DNA from: Eledone cirrhosa
Lineage: Eukaryota
Direction of reading: 5' to 3'
Length of the DNA stretch: 64,000 nt
Assembly (NCBI GenBank): GCA_964016885.1
Contig: OZ024743.1
Location: forward strand, 275,714,001 to 275,778,000
This document shows positions 63,830-64,000 of the stretch, one piece after another (position 1 is the stretch's first letter; every line of letters begins with the position of its first letter). A model generated the notes under the pieces. It saw nothing but the letters and a program-made list of their open reading frames with translations, was not told the DNA's origin and did no database searches. Position numbers and translations under genes: made by a program.

Positions 63830-64000
63830 CTGAAGTACATAAGAAAATGGCGGTTTTTCAGCGATACAGTTGTAAACAGCACAAGGTTTTGGTGAACCTC
63901 TAAAGGTAACATATTTTACAACATTAATGGAACAAGTTGTAAGCTAATGATCTATGTAAATTTTCTACCTGACATATTTATTTTATATATATATATATGA

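Overview
AT-rich, repeat-dense animal genomic DNA. The SINE, RTE and microsatellite landscape suggests a coleoid cephalopod, probably Octopus (inference). The only host gene I can support is the 3' part of a TCF/LEF (pangolin) Wnt-effector gene on the minus strand. It comprises a probable 72-nt linker exon (63758-63829), the 73-nt C-clamp exon (56723-56795, [20 protein letters not shown]) and the last coding exon (43844-44138, RKKKCIRF...); the HMG-box exons lie beyond the window end. The rest is mobile DNA: an RTE LINE with an uninterrupted APE-RT-PHD-like ORF, a truncated CR1, Penelope-like, RTE and CRE-like remnants, two non-autonomous Helitrons, mariner-, hAT- and TTAA-type MITEs, many tRNA-derived SINEs, and several minisatellites. 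Two observations stand out. First, about nine type I hammerhead-ribozyme motifs from at least four unrelated families occur here, including inverted-repeat pairs, a U3-A8 covariant core and a solitary copy in the TCF intron. Second, a possible CpG-decayed duplicate of the C-clamp exon lies in the TCF intron. All calls come from reading the sequence by eye, and most repeat boundaries are approximate.
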